The notes under the pieces: model-generated
The model's database searches: none
Told to the model about the DNA's origin: nothing
The model's input: the letters and a program-made list of their open reading frames with translations, nothing else
Assembly (NCBI GenBank): GCA_033763905.1
Contig: JANRJP010000035.1
Span: 1-64,000, forward strand
Direction: 5' to 3'
From: Gemmatimonadaceae bacterium
GTDB taxonomy: Bacteria; Gemmatimonadota; Gemmatimonadetes; Gemmatimonadales; Gemmatimonadaceae
Length of the DNA: 64,000 nt
Part shown: in pieces, positions 18,549-28,287 of the stretch
Position numbering within the stretch: the stretch's first letter is position 1
Layout of the letters: each line of letters begins with the position of its first letter
Program-made: the position numbers and the translations under genes

Positions 18549-19331
18549 TCAGGCTGACGTCAGCCGCGCGATGGCGCGGAGTCCGTCCTCGCCGACGTCC
18601 AGGCTGTGCGCATTCACATACAACGCAATGTGCTGATCGCACACGGCATCCGACATTTCCTGTGAGTGCGCACGCACGTACGCGCGGCTAGCCTCCGGGT
18701 GATCGAACGCGTACTGCACCGATGCCCGAATCGCGCGCTCGGCTGAGGCCACGATGTCGGGGTCCAGATCGTGACGAGCGCAGATGCCCGCGAGCGGCAC
18801 GGGGAGAGCTGTGGTGGACTCCCACCATTCGCCCAGATCCACGACCTTCACCAGTCCGTGATCGGCGTAGGTAAATCGGCTCTCGTGGATGATCAGTCCC
18901 GCGTCCACATCGCCGTTCGCGACCGCCGCCAGAATGCGATCGTATCGCAGTTCCACCGGTGTCGCGATCTTCGGCGCCGCCAGTCGAAGGAGGCGATATG
19001 CGGTCGTCTCGTGGCCGGGGATCGCGATGCGTCCCGACACGGCGCGCTCGAGGGGCATCGCCGCTCGTGCGACGACGAGCGGGCCCACGCCGTGCCCAAG
19101 CGCCGCCCCACTTCGGAGCATTCGATAACGGGGGCCCACGGAAGCGAACGCGCCCACACTCAGCTTCGTCAGGTCGAACGCCCCGTCGTGGGCGCGGCGG
19201 TTGAGCTCTTCGATATCCAACAGCACCGGCCGAATCGTGAACGGCGCGTCCACCAGACCGTGCACCAAGGCGTGGAACGCGAAGGTGTCGTTGGGGCAGG
19301 GGGAGAATCCGAACGTGAGCGTCGTCGTCAC
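18549..19331 (-). CDS. mqnD: 1,4-dihydroxy-6-naphthoate synthase (futalosine pathway)
   Basis: GFSPCPNDTF, DIEELN, GAALGHGVGPL, GLIIHESRFTY, DLGEWWE, HSQEM, HIALYVN. The GTG overlaps the mqnB stop. Confidence 0.95.
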   Translation of the reverse strand: MTTTLTFGFSPCPNDTFAFHALVHGLVDAPFTIRPVLLDIEELNRRAHDGAFDLTKLSVGAFASVGPRYRMLRSGAALGHGVGPLVVARAAMPLERAVSGRIAIPGHETTAYRLLRLAAPKIATPVELRYDRILAAVANGDVDAGLIIHESRFTYADHGLVKVVDLGEWWESTTALPVPLAGICARHDLDPDIVASAERAIRASVQYAFDHPEASRAYVRAHSQEMSDAVCDQHIALYVNAHSLDVGEDGLRAIARLTSA

Positions 19332-19915
19332 GTCGTGGCCTCGGCGTCCGATGACGTCAGGGCCGCCACCAGTCGCGGCGTGGCGTCGACGATCGCCGCG
19401 AACGCCGTGTCGAAGGCCCAGCGGCGGCGGTCGGTCTCCTCGATCTCGTTGGAAATGGCACGCACTTCCACCGCGGGAATGCCCGCGCGCTCGGCCGCGC
19501 GCAGCACGCCGAATCCTTCCATCGCCTCGACATCGCAGTCGAGCGTCCCCCCGACGCGGCCGCTGGTGCCGATCACGCGCTGAATGGCGGTCGGGAGCGC
19601 GAGTTGCGCGGCCACGACCAGGGCGTCCGCCGGGCGCACGGTACTGGGCGCCCATTCCGCGGGGACGGCGAGGTCCGTGTACTTCGACTCGGTGCCGATG
19701 ACGAGCGTGCCGGCCGGGAGCGCGGCCGCCCGGCGCGCACCGGCGATGCCGACGTGCACGATCACCGACGGCCGCAGCCCACGAATCGCGGAGGTCGTCG
19801 TCAGCGCGGCTTCGATCGGGCCAACGCCGCACGCCACGGCGTGCCACCCATCCGCCGGGGCGAGCTCACGGGGCGTCGCGGCAATGACCAGCACACGGGA
19901 GCGCTCGAAGGACAT
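19328..19915 (-). CDS. mqnB: Futalosine hydrolase-like nucleosidase (PNP/UDP family)
   Basis: GVGP.EAA, VGIAGA, VEAMEGFGV, EVRAISN..RRRW; coupled to mqnD. Confidence 0.8.
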   Translation of the reverse strand: MSFERSRVLVIAATPRELAPADGWHAVACGVGPIEAALTTTSAIRGLRPSVIVHVGIAGARRAAALPAGTLVIGTESKYTDLAVPAEWAPSTVRPADALVVAAQLALPTAIQRVIGTSGRVGGTLDCDVEAMEGFGVLRAAERAGIPAVEVRAISNEIEETDRRRWAFDTAFAAIVDATPRLVAALTSSDAEATT

Positions 19916-19938
19916 CCCCAAATCTATACATTTATCGG
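19916..19938. promoter_or_regulatory. Back-to-back -10 elements; candidate bidirectional leaderless promoter
   Basis: Minus strand TAGATT (19926-19921) then 5 nt to the mqnB ATG. Plus strand TACATT (19927-19932) then 6 nt to ATG 19939. Confidence 0.55.
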
Positions 19939-20937
19939 ATGCGTTCGTTCTCTTGCGGCTTCCGAGTTGCCCGCGCGGTGGTGCTCTCCGTCAGCGTGAT
20001 CGCTGCCTCGGCGGCCCCCGCGGCCGCGTGGGGAAACTCCGGCCATATGGCCAGCGGCGCGCTCGCGTATGATGCGCTCCGACGGCACGACCCAGCGGCG
20101 ATCGCCGTCATCGTGCGGCTGATGGCCGCGCACCCCGACAGCGCCCGCTTCACCAAGGCATTGGCGGGATTGAGCGGCGAGGCGCGCGAGCGGCGGCTCT
20201 TCGAGCTGATGGCGCGCTGGCCCGACGACATCCGCGGAACGCCGTACGATCGGCCCGACTGGCACTACGCGCTCCGCGTCGTGGCACCAATCGGTTCGGT
20301 CTTGAGCTTCCGCGTCGGCAAGGCGATCGACCAGTTCAATGCGCAGCTGGCGATTGCCCGAGACCCTGCGGCGCCCGCCGGCCGTCGCGCGCTGGCGCTG
20401 TGCTGGGTACTGCACATCACGGGGGATATGCACCAACCGCTGCACGCCGGTCACTGGTGGTCGTGGCGCTTCATCAAGAGTGACCGCGCGGGGACCATCG
20501 CCTTTGTGCGGGCGTACCCGACGGATGCGCCGGTGCAGTTGCACCAGTTCTGGGACAACGCCCCCAACCGCCTGCCGGAGGGGCGCTTCGACGCCGAGGC
20601 CACCAATGCGGCACAAATCACCGCGCGGCTTCAGGTGGCGTGGCCAGAAGCCCGGTTGACGCCAGCGACGCCGGACGCACTCCGAGGCTCGGCAGCGAAC
20701 ACGGCGTTCGTGGCGTGGGTCGAAGAGAGCACCCGACTCGCTCGCGAGGTGGCCTACACCGGCTCGGCGCTTGAGGCGTCTGCCGATTCCGCGACCGCCC
20801 CGGCGATGAGCGGCGAATACTCCCGCAAGATGTTCCCTCTGGCGGATCAGCGCTTAGCCGAGGCGAGTTGGCGCATCGCCCTGTTGTTGCGCACATTGCC
20901 GGACGTGGCGCGAGGCCCGGCGCCACAACGATCCTAG
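19939..20937 (+). CDS. S1/P1-family nuclease, secreted
   Basis: Signal peptide followed by WGNSGH; WPDDIR, WHY, HITGDMHQPLH, LHQFWD. Confidence 0.9.
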   Translation: MRSFSCGFRVARAVVLSVSVIAASAAPAAAWGNSGHMASGALAYDALRRHDPAAIAVIVRLMAAHPDSARFTKALAGLSGEARERRLFELMARWPDDIRGTPYDRPDWHYALRVVAPIGSVLSFRVGKAIDQFNAQLAIARDPAAPAGRRALALCWVLHITGDMHQPLHAGHWWSWRFIKSDRAGTIAFVRAYPTDAPVQLHQFWDNAPNRLPEGRFDAEATNAAQITARLQVAWPEARLTPATPDALRGSAANTAFVAWVEESTRLAREVAYTGSALEASADSATAPAMSGEYSRKMFPLADQRLAEASWRIALLLRTLPDVARGPAPQRS

Positions 20938-20959
20938 GGCCCGTCCCGGAGGAGTGCTG

Positions 20960-21187
20960 ATGCGCCGTCGCGTTTCGCTCGTAAAGCTGCTGCTGGCAGC
21001 GTGCGTTGCCTGTCGCACGGAGTCCGCCAGTCCGCCCGCGCGCGATGCGGCGGCACAGCGGGCGGCCGACAGTGCCGTTGGCGCGTCGGAGCTCCCCGGC
21101 GCGCAGGGCGTGAGCGGCGCGCTGAAGGCGGCCGACTCCTCGGCGGCTCGCAACGCGGCGCTCGATTCGATCGCGAAGGCGCCCTGA
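20960..21187 (+). CDS. Small hypothetical lipoprotein
   Basis: GGAGGAG RBS; MRRRVSLVKLLLAACVAC signal. Confidence 0.55.
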   Translation: MRRRVSLVKLLLAACVACRTESASPPARDAAAQRAADSAVGASELPGAQGVSGALKAADSSAARNAALDSIAKAP

Positions 21188-21213
21188 ATGCGCGACGCGT
21201 CGCGGGGGCCCTG

Positions 21214-21612
21214 ATGACGATCTGGAACATCGATATCCTCTGGGCGCTGATGCTCCTCGGCGTGGCACTCTTTACCGGCTGCTGCGTCGTCTTCAATCCG
21301 GTCATTCGCGGCTTTCAGCTGATGGGGCTCGCGTGCGCCTACGCGATTCTCGCGTGGATGCTCTACGCGCTCCCGTGGCGGGTGGCGCTCACGACGTGGT
21401 GCGCCTTCGCCACCGTTGGTGGCATCGTGTCGTTCGCCTACGAACTGTGGGCCAGGTCGCGCTACGCGGGCACTGGGCGCACGCCGAGGCCGCTGGTCCT
21501 GCTGCGCGGCTTCGTGTTGTGGCCCGCGATGATTCCGGAGGCGGTCGAGGGAATGCTGGTCGATCTGCGCGTACTGGAGCCGAGCGGGCGCGACGTGTCA
21601 GCTGGTAGGTGA
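21214..21612 (+). CDS. Hypothetical membrane protein
   Basis: Three to four hydrophobic segments, GC3 bias. Confidence 0.6.
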   Translation: MTIWNIDILWALMLLGVALFTGCCVVFNPVIRGFQLMGLACAYAILAWMLYALPWRVALTTWCAFATVGGIVSFAYELWARSRYAGTGRTPRPLVLLRGFVLWPAMIPEAVEGMLVDLRVLEPSGRDVSAGR

Positions 21613-22920
21613 GTTTCGCCGGCGACGCCAGAAGAAGAACGCGGGAACCCCCAGCGCCACGGCGCTGAGGCCCAGCACGGACTGCACCGGTTGCGTGATG
21701 ACGGTGTTGATGACGATCGTTGCGGCCGCCAGCACGAACACGGCGGGCGTGAGCGGGTAGCCGGGGACCCGGTACGACCGCGCGGCGTCAGGCCGCGCGA
21801 TGCGGAGGGCGATGACTGCCGCCGCACCGAGCGCATAGAAGATCCAGCCGATGAACACCACGGCGGTCAGCAGCTGCTCGAACGTGCCCGACAAGGCCAG
21901 CGCCACCGCGATCCCGCTGCTGCTGATGATCGCCACCGCTGGCGTCCCATACCGCGGATGGACGTCGGCGAGTCGACGGAAGAAGAGTCCGTCCTTGGCC
22001 ATCGCGAAGTAGACGCGTGGCACGGTGATCACGGTCGCGTGTGCGGCGCTGTACATCGACACGAGGATCGCGGCGGCAATGGCCTTGCCCGCGAGCGGAC
22101 CAAGCACGGCCGTCACGGCGTCGCCGGCGACGCGCTCCGATGCGGCCATCGCGGTCGGGCCCAACGCGGCGGCGTACGCGCCATTGGCCAGCAGGTACGT
22201 CGCCATCAGAATGACCGTCCCCGCCACCAGCGCAATCGGAATCGTGCGCTGCGGCTGCTGCGTCTCTCCGGCCACGAAGGTCACATACTGCCAGCCCTCG
22301 TACGCCCACAGGACCGAAATGACAGACAACCCGACCCCCGAAAGGCTCGCAGGCGCGAGCGGCGTCCTCGTGCTCGGCGCTGTGACGTCGCCGCTGCCGA
22401 GGGCGTACAGCAGGGCGCTCATCAGCAGAATCGCACCGACCTTGATTGCCGTCGCGGTGTTCTGCACCGAGGCACTCTCTCGCGTCCCGCGGACGTTGAT
22501 CACCGTCATCAGCAGGATCAGCCCCACCGCGACCGCGCGCTTGGCGGCGTCGCCGAGCGGCACGATCTGCGTCAGGTAGTCCGAGGTCGCGACGGCCAGC
22601 CCCGCCACCGTTCCGGCGCCGATCACGAAGAACAGCGTCCAGCCATAGAGAAAGGCGAGCAGCGGCCCGAAGGCATCGCGGATGTACGCATAGAGGCCGC
22701 CCGCGTTCGGATCCATCGCCCCGAGTTCGGCGAAGGACATCGCGCCCATCAGCGACAACAGCCCGCCCGCGAGCCAGATCCCCATCGAGAGGGACAGTGA
22801 ACCGCCGCTCTGGCGCATCACGAGTGCGGGCACCAAAAAGACGCCAGAGCCGATCACGTTCCCCACGACCAGCAGGGTGAGATCGCGGGCACCGAGCGTG
22901 CGGGCAAGGGGCTGAGACAT
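21598..22920 (-). CDS. APC-family amino acid permease (SteT/LAT-like)
   Basis: GNVIGSGVF, FAELGAM.P.AGGLY.YI, WAYEGW, ETQQPQRTIP, PRVYFAMAKDGLF, RSYRVPGYP. Confidence 0.92.
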   Translation of the reverse strand: MSQPLARTLGARDLTLLVVGNVIGSGVFLVPALVMRQSGGSLSLSMGIWLAGGLLSLMGAMSFAELGAMDPNAGGLYAYIRDAFGPLLAFLYGWTLFFVIGAGTVAGLAVATSDYLTQIVPLGDAAKRAVAVGLILLMTVINVRGTRESASVQNTATAIKVGAILLMSALLYALGSGDVTAPSTRTPLAPASLSGVGLSVISVLWAYEGWQYVTFVAGETQQPQRTIPIALVAGTVILMATYLLANGAYAAALGPTAMAASERVAGDAVTAVLGPLAGKAIAAAILVSMYSAAHATVITVPRVYFAMAKDGLFFRRLADVHPRYGTPAVAIISSSGIAVALALSGTFEQLLTAVVFIGWIFYALGAAAVIALRIARPDAARSYRVPGYPLTPAVFVLAAATIVINTVITQPVQSVLGLSAVALGVPAFFFWRRRRNSPTS

Positions 22921-23005
22921 GGCGAATAGTTCCCCTTGGGACGCGCGAGCGCCATACTCCGCCGATCCCGAGGCCGTCCGCGCGTCCGCCCTCAGCCGTA
23001 GCCCG

Positions 23006-23788
23006 ATGTTCTCCCGCTTCACTCGTGCCATCGTCCGCCCCCCAGCAGCGAACTTTGCGGACGGGTTGACCAGCGTCTCCCTCGGGCGGCCGGACGTCGC
23101 GCGCGCGCTTGCCCAACACGACGCCTACTGCCGGGCTCTGGAGCGGCACGGGCTCGCGCTGACGCGGCTCCCCGTCGAGCCGCGGTTTCCGGACTCCACG
23201 TTCGTGGAGGACACCGCGCTGATCATCCCGGGCCGCGCGGCGATGCTGACGCGTCCCGGCGCCGCGAGTCGAGCGGGTGAGGTCGACGCGATCGCGCCAG
23301 CGGTGCAGGCGAGTTTTCCGGGTGCCGCACGAATCGAGGCGCCGGGCACCTTGGACGCGGGCGACGTGTGTGAGGCCGAGGGGGTGGTGTTCATCGGTGT
23401 TTCTGCGCGCACCAACGACGCCGGGGCCACGCAGCTGGCGGAATGGCTGCGCACCCTCGAGATCCACTCGCGGGTGGTGGACATTCGAGAGACCCCGGGC
23501 ATCCTGCACCTCAAGAGCGGGGTGGTGGCTCTGGCCGGACACCGGCTGCTGGCAATCGATGCGCTGGCGTCGCACCCGGCGTTTGGCGATTTCGAGGTCC
23601 TTCGCGTTCCGGCGGACGAGGCCTACGCGGCGAACTGTGTCCAGGTCAATGACGCCGTGCTGGTGGCCGAGGGATTCCCCCGGACCCACGCGCTGCTCAG
23701 GCACTCGGGATACACCCTCGACGTTCTGGAGATGTCCGAGTTCGAGAAGATGGACGGCGGGCTCAGCTGCCTGTCGCTGCGATTCTGA
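23006..23788 (+). CDS. N(G),N(G)-dimethylarginine dimethylaminohydrolase (DDAH, pentein fold)
   Basis: FTRAIVRPP, QHDAY, FPDSTFVED, LDAGDV, HLKSG, YAANC, KMDGGLSCLS (catalytic Cys). Confidence 0.9.
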   Translation: MFSRFTRAIVRPPAANFADGLTSVSLGRPDVARALAQHDAYCRALERHGLALTRLPVEPRFPDSTFVEDTALIIPGRAAMLTRPGAASRAGEVDAIAPAVQASFPGAARIEAPGTLDAGDVCEAEGVVFIGVSARTNDAGATQLAEWLRTLEIHSRVVDIRETPGILHLKSGVVALAGHRLLAIDALASHPAFGDFEVLRVPADEAYAANCVQVNDAVLVAEGFPRTHALLRHSGYTLDVLEMSEFEKMDGGLSCLSLRF

Positions 23789-23803
23789 CCACTGTGCCCG
23801 CTG

Positions 23804-25138
23804 ATGACCGACGCTGAAACCGCCGAGCCACCCGCCGCTGCACCCGTCGCGCTCCCGACCGACACCACGCCGACGTGGGAGATCGAGCTGCTCATCTCGG
23901 GCGCCCTGGCCTTCGGCGCGATTCAACTGCCGGGCTACTTCGATGACTGGCTGGTGCAGTGGATCCCGCGGCTCACGGAAGGGATGCTGTTGCCCGCGAT
24001 TATGGGCTATGTGTTTCTCAAGAGTCTCGCGACGACGCTGGCGCTGACGTTCGGCCTGCACATCGTCCTGCGCGGATTCTGGGCCGCGTCGCTCGGGCTG
24101 CATTCGGTGTATCCCGAAGGGATTCAGTGGGACAACGTCAAAACCGGGCCCATCTTCCGCGAGGTGACGCGCGCGGCTGTGCCCTCGCTGCCGGTGTATG
24201 TATCGCGGCTCGACAACACGTCGAGTCTGGTGTTCGCGCTCGGTGCGTTGCTCTTGATGCTCTCGGCGCTGAGCAGCGTGTTCGCCGTCCTCGCGATCGG
24301 CGTGACCTATGTGGTGTCGCGCGCGATGGGTGGCGAGTTGCGGCCCTTCGTCGGTGCCGCGATTGCCTTTGCCGCAATCGTCCTGCCCGGAGTGATTGCC
24401 GGGTTCGTGGACAAGAAGCGGGGGGCGGAGCTGCGGCCCGGCTCTCGAGCCCGCCGCGTGATGGAGCGGATGGCACGCTACAGCATTACCCTTGGCGGCA
24501 CGCGGATCGCCGGGCCAATGATGCTGGTGTTCACGAGCCGCCAAGGCCAGACCAAGGGGACCGCCATCCTGCTGGCCGTGCTGTACGGCGTTTTCGGATT
24601 GGTGTTCGCGCAGGTCGCGCTACGGCTCGAGTTCTTCGATCTCAACACCTACCAGTTTCTCCCGGCCTCGGGCGAGGGCGTCGGTCGCTCGGCGTACTAC
24701 GCCAGCCAACGGACCGGAGCCACCGGCTACTCCACGATCCCGTTCATCGATCACGACGTGATCGAGGATCAGGTGCTCCGGGTATTCGTGCCATACCGGA
24801 TGCGGCGATTCGACGAAGTGCTCAAGGCGAAGTGTCCGTCGGCGGCTCAGTCGAAGGCCACGGACACGTCGGCGGCGGAGAATCGCGCGCGCCGCGTGCT
24901 CGACTGCTTCGTGCCGATGCTCAACCCGCAGATCGACGGCGCGGCCGTCGACGGTGTGGCCTCGTGGCTCGGCACCGATCCGGTGTCGTCGCAGCGCGGC
25001 TTCGTCCTGATGGTGCCGCTACGCGGGCTGGCCGATGGGGCGCACCTGCTCACCCTGACCGAGATCCCTCGCGTCGACCGGCCCGCCAAGCCAACACCGG
25101 ACCGGTACACGATTCCGTTCTACTACTCGCCGCGCTGA
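23804..25138 (+). CDS. Hypothetical multi-pass membrane protein with an extracytoplasmic C-terminal domain
   Basis: WEIELLISG, HIVLRGFW..SLGL.SVYPEGI.W; about six TM helices. Confidence 0.7.
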   Translation: MTDAETAEPPAAAPVALPTDTTPTWEIELLISGALAFGAIQLPGYFDDWLVQWIPRLTEGMLLPAIMGYVFLKSLATTLALTFGLHIVLRGFWAASLGLHSVYPEGIQWDNVKTGPIFREVTRAAVPSLPVYVSRLDNTSSLVFALGALLLMLSALSSVFAVLAIGVTYVVSRAMGGELRPFVGAAIAFAAIVLPGVIAGFVDKKRGAELRPGSRARRVMERMARYSITLGGTRIAGPMMLVFTSRQGQTKGTAILLAVLYGVFGLVFAQVALRLEFFDLNTYQFLPASGEGVGRSAYYASQRTGATGYSTIPFIDHDVIEDQVLRVFVPYRMRRFDEVLKAKCPSAAQSKATDTSAAENRARRVLDCFVPMLNPQIDGAAVDGVASWLGTDPVSSQRGFVLMVPLRGLADGAHLLTLTEIPRVDRPAKPTPDRYTIPFYYSPR

Positions 25139-25170
25139 CGCGAGCGGCCTCACCCCGTCCCCGTGCCTCG

Positions 25171-25554
25171 ATGACAACTCGCCAACCCGTCGTCAGTCCG
25201 CGCGCCCCAGCCGCCATCGGCCCGTACTCGCAGGGCGTGTGGTGCGGCGAACTGCTGTATTGTTCCGGGCAGACGCCGATCGATCCGTCGACCGGCGCGC
25301 TGGTCAACGGCACGGTCGCCGAGCAGACGCATCGCGTCTTCGACAACCTGGCGGCCGTGCTGGCGGCCGGCGGGCTGACGTTGGATCACGCGATCAAGTG
25401 CAACGTCTACCTGATCGATATGGCGGACTTCGCCGAGATGAACGCAGCGTACGCGTCCCGGTTCAGCGCGCCGCATCCTGCGCGCACCACCGTCGCCGTG
25501 GCGGCGCTCCCGCTCGGCGCGCGCGTCGAGATCGAACTGATCGCGCGCCGATAG
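25171..25554 (+). CDS. ridA: RidA/YjgF-family enamine/imine deaminase
   Basis: APAAIGPYSQ, SGQTP, PARTTVAVAALPLGARVEIE. Confidence 0.9.
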   Translation: MTTRQPVVSPRAPAAIGPYSQGVWCGELLYCSGQTPIDPSTGALVNGTVAEQTHRVFDNLAAVLAAGGLTLDHAIKCNVYLIDMADFAEMNAAYASRFSAPHPARTTVAVAALPLGARVEIELIARR

Positions 25555-25575
25555 CGGCTCGGCGCGCCCGCTCGG

Positions 25576-26058
25576 TCAGCCCTTCACGGCCTTGATCGCG
25601 TCGACCAAGCCCGGCCACGCGCCGTGTGCGTACGTCACGAGCGTGAACAGATAGTGATCCGCTGCCGCGCCGTGCGCCGCGACGACCGCTTCGACCGCCT
25701 TGCGGGTCGCCGCGGCGTCCGCAAACGGCGGCTCCAGGTCTTCCGGCATTGTGCCGCCCTCGTGCGACACACCGGCCGCGTCGAGGAAGGTGATCTGGAT
25801 CGCTGGCTCGAGCGTGACGTACTTGAGCTGGAGCAGGTCCACCTCGTCCTGTATCGACTCGGCGCCAAGCCGCGCGATCTCCTGCGCGAGCTTGGTGGCC
25901 GGCCACGGCTGGAACGTTGCGGCGCGGAAGCCACCCTTCCGGGACGTCAGTCGCGAGATGAGCTGCGCGCGCGACTGCGGGTAACGGGTGAGCATTGCGG
26001 TCAGGAGCGCGACGCGCTCTTCCGCCGGGAGCAATCGGTAGGGGGTCTTCGGGGCCAT
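25576..26058 (-). CDS. Hypothetical protein
   Basis: Good codon bias; TAGTTT lies 5 nt before the ATG (leaderless-like). Confidence 0.65.
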   Translation of the reverse strand: MAPKTPYRLLPAEERVALLTAMLTRYPQSRAQLISRLTSRKGGFRAATFQPWPATKLAQEIARLGAESIQDEVDLLQLKYVTLEPAIQITFLDAAGVSHEGGTMPEDLEPPFADAAATRKAVEAVVAAHGAAADHYLFTLVTYAHGAWPGLVDAIKAVKG

Positions 26059-26143
26059 TCCGGAAACTAATCACCGACACCTGATTATTCGTCGGTGGGC
26101 GCACGCTGTGGTGCGCATCCCCTCTCCCTCAGTCTGCCATCCG

Positions 26144-27118
26144 ATGTCACTGCTCGACCGTCGCTCCCGCCGGACCACGGCTATCGCGCTCGTCCTCCTG
26201 GCCGCCGCCTGCGCGAAGAAGGACGAGGCACCGGCCGACGCGCCGCCTGCGCGCGATCCCAACAGCCCGCTCTTCACCGTCAACACCGGCCTGTCGACGC
26301 CGGAGTCGGTGCTCTGGGACGCCACCCGGAGCGTCTGGTATATCTCGAACATCAACGGCAACGCCCCCGAGAAGGACAACAACGGCTACATCGTGCGCGT
26401 TGGCGCGAATGGTGAGGCCAAGGACTCGGTGCCATTCATCAAGGGCGGGGCGGGGGACATCACCCTCCACGCACCCAAGGGGATGGCGTTGCAGGGAGAC
26501 ACCCTCTGGGTCGCGGACATCGATGCGCTCCGCGGCTTCAACGTGACCACGGGCCAGCCGGTCGCGTCGGTCAGCCTCGAGAAGCTCGGCGCCACGTTCC
26601 TCAACGATGTCGCGATCGGCCCCGACGGGCTGGTGTACATCACCGACAGCGGCATCAGTTTTGACGCACAGGGCAACGTGACGCATCCAGGCAAGAGCCG
26701 GATGTTCGCGGTCAATGGGCGCGCGGCCGTGGAGGCCGTGGTCTTCCCGAAGGAGTCGGCGGCCAACGGCATCGGGTGGAGCGCTGCGCGCGCGGGCTGG
26801 GTGATGGTGGGATTCAACACCCAGACGGTCTTCGAGTGGAAGCCCGACACGAAGGAGGCCACCACCATCGGCACCGGCCCCGGCGGGGGCGATGGGCTGT
26901 TGGTCCTTGCTGACGGTCGCGTGGTCTATTCGAGCTGGGCGGACTCGTCCCTCAACGTCTTCGCGGACGGCAAGACGACGACGCTCCGAAAGGGACTGCC
27001 GCAGCCGGCCGACCTCGGGTTTGATCCCGCGCGGAACGTGGTCGCGGTCCCGCTGTTCGGTGCGAATCGCGTGGAATTCTGGCCGATCGACACGCCCGCG
27101 CCCGCGCCTGCCCCCTAA
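26144..27118 (+). CDS. SMP-30/gluconolactonase-like beta-propeller lipoprotein
   Basis: Lipobox LAAAC; TPESV, APKGM, FLNDV, ANGI, GDGL, PADLG propeller repeats. Confidence 0.8.
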   Translation: MSLLDRRSRRTTAIALVLLAAACAKKDEAPADAPPARDPNSPLFTVNTGLSTPESVLWDATRSVWYISNINGNAPEKDNNGYIVRVGANGEAKDSVPFIKGGAGDITLHAPKGMALQGDTLWVADIDALRGFNVTTGQPVASVSLEKLGATFLNDVAIGPDGLVYITDSGISFDAQGNVTHPGKSRMFAVNGRAAVEAVVFPKESAANGIGWSAARAGWVMVGFNTQTVFEWKPDTKEATTIGTGPGGGDGLLVLADGRVVYSSWADSSLNVFADGKTTTLRKGLPQPADLGFDPARNVVAVPLFGANRVEFWPIDTPAPAPAP

Positions 27119-27150
27119 GCGTCGTCGAACGCATTTGCCAATCGAAGGAC

Positions 27151-27183
27151 GGGCGGCGATCCTTGGGGATCGTCGCCCTTTTT
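27151..27183 (+). terminator. Rho-independent terminator
   Basis: Stem GGGCGGCGATCC / GGATCGTCGCCC, loop TTGG, followed by TTTTT. Confidence 0.75.
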
Positions 27184-27195
27184 CCTGTATAGACA

Positions 27196-28275
27196 ATGCG
27201 CGCTCTTCCGCTGTTCCTCTCTGTGGTCACGGCCAGCCTCCTTGGTGCCCAAGGTGCGATGGCGCGCGTGCACGAGGCGGACGTGGTGCTCAAGGACTTC
27301 CGCTTCGCCAGTGGCGTCGTGATGCCTGAGCTGCGGATGCACTACGCGTCAGCCGGCCAGCCGCGGCGCGATGCCGCCGGCGTCGTCCGAAACGCCGTGC
27401 TGATTCTCCACGGCACCACCGGCAGCGGCACCGGCTTCCTGTCGCCCGGCTTCGCTGGCGTCCTGTTTGGGCCGGGACAGCCGCTCGACACGACGCAGTA
27501 CTTCGTGATTCTGCCCGACGGCATCGGCACCGGGAAGTCGAGCAAGCCGAGTGACGGGATGCGCGGCGCGTTCCCCGAGTACGGTTACCGCGATATGGTG
27601 GCGGCGCAGTATCGGCTGCTCACCGAGGGGTTGGGCATCAACCACCTGCGGTTGGTGATGGGGACGTCGATGGGCGGGATGCACACCTGGGTCTGGCTGA
27701 CGACCTACCCCGATTTCGTCGACGGTGGCGTGCCGCTGGCGGCCGTACCCACCGGGATTGCGGGCCGCAACCGAATGATGCGGCAGATCATTGCGGACGC
27801 CATTCGCGGGGATCCCGATTGGCGCGGCGGCGCGTACGAGCGCGCGCCCGTCGCTGGGCTGCGCACCGCCCTGTCGATGCTCTTTATGATGACCAGCAGT
27901 CCGCTCCAACTGCAACGGAGCGCCCCGACTCGGGACGCGGCGGAGCAGTACATCTCCGGGTGGATCAACCAGCGGCTGGCCAGTACCGATGCGAACGATT
28001 TCCTCTGGCAGTTCCAGGCGTCGCGAGACTATGACCCATCGCCGCTGCTGGATCGTGTCGCCGTCCCCGTGCTGGCGATCAACTCGGCGGACGATCTGGT
28101 GAATCCGCCTGAACTGGGGTTGATGGAGTCGCTGATGCCGCGGGTGCGCCACGGACGGTATCTGCTCATTCCGACCAGCGACCGCACCCGCGGCCACGGC
28201 ACACACTCCGTGGCGGCGCTGTACGCCGATACCCTGCGCGGCTTCTTGCGCGCGCTCCCCGCACGCTCACGCTGA
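27196..28275 (+). CDS. Alpha/beta hydrolase of the homoserine O-acetyltransferase (MetX)-like family, secreted
   Basis: Signal peptide, LHGTTG, nucleophile elbow GTSMGG, INSADD, RGHGTH. Confidence 0.8.
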   Translation: MRALPLFLSVVTASLLGAQGAMARVHEADVVLKDFRFASGVVMPELRMHYASAGQPRRDAAGVVRNAVLILHGTTGSGTGFLSPGFAGVLFGPGQPLDTTQYFVILPDGIGTGKSSKPSDGMRGAFPEYGYRDMVAAQYRLLTEGLGINHLRLVMGTSMGGMHTWVWLTTYPDFVDGGVPLAAVPTGIAGRNRMMRQIIADAIRGDPDWRGGAYERAPVAGLRTALSMLFMMTSSPLQLQRSAPTRDAAEQYISGWINQRLASTDANDFLWQFQASRDYDPSPLLDRVAVPVLAINSADDLVNPPELGLMESLMPRVRHGRYLLIPTSDRTRGHGTHSVAALYADTLRGFLRALPARSR

Positions 28276-28287
28276 GTCCACCCCCAC

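Noticed and set aside
21788..24544. 918-aa minus-strand ORF, and similar long ORFs (12354-14678 -, 34342-36852 -, 50579-52861 +, 59268-61355 +, 1364-3133 -)
   Set aside because: Arg/Gly/Ala-rich shadow frames overlapping well-supported genes. These are expected at this GC content and show no domain motifs.
27196..28275. metX (methionine biosynthesis)
   Set aside because: It has a signal peptide and belongs to the divergent HGTTG-type subfamily, so the gene symbol was not assigned.
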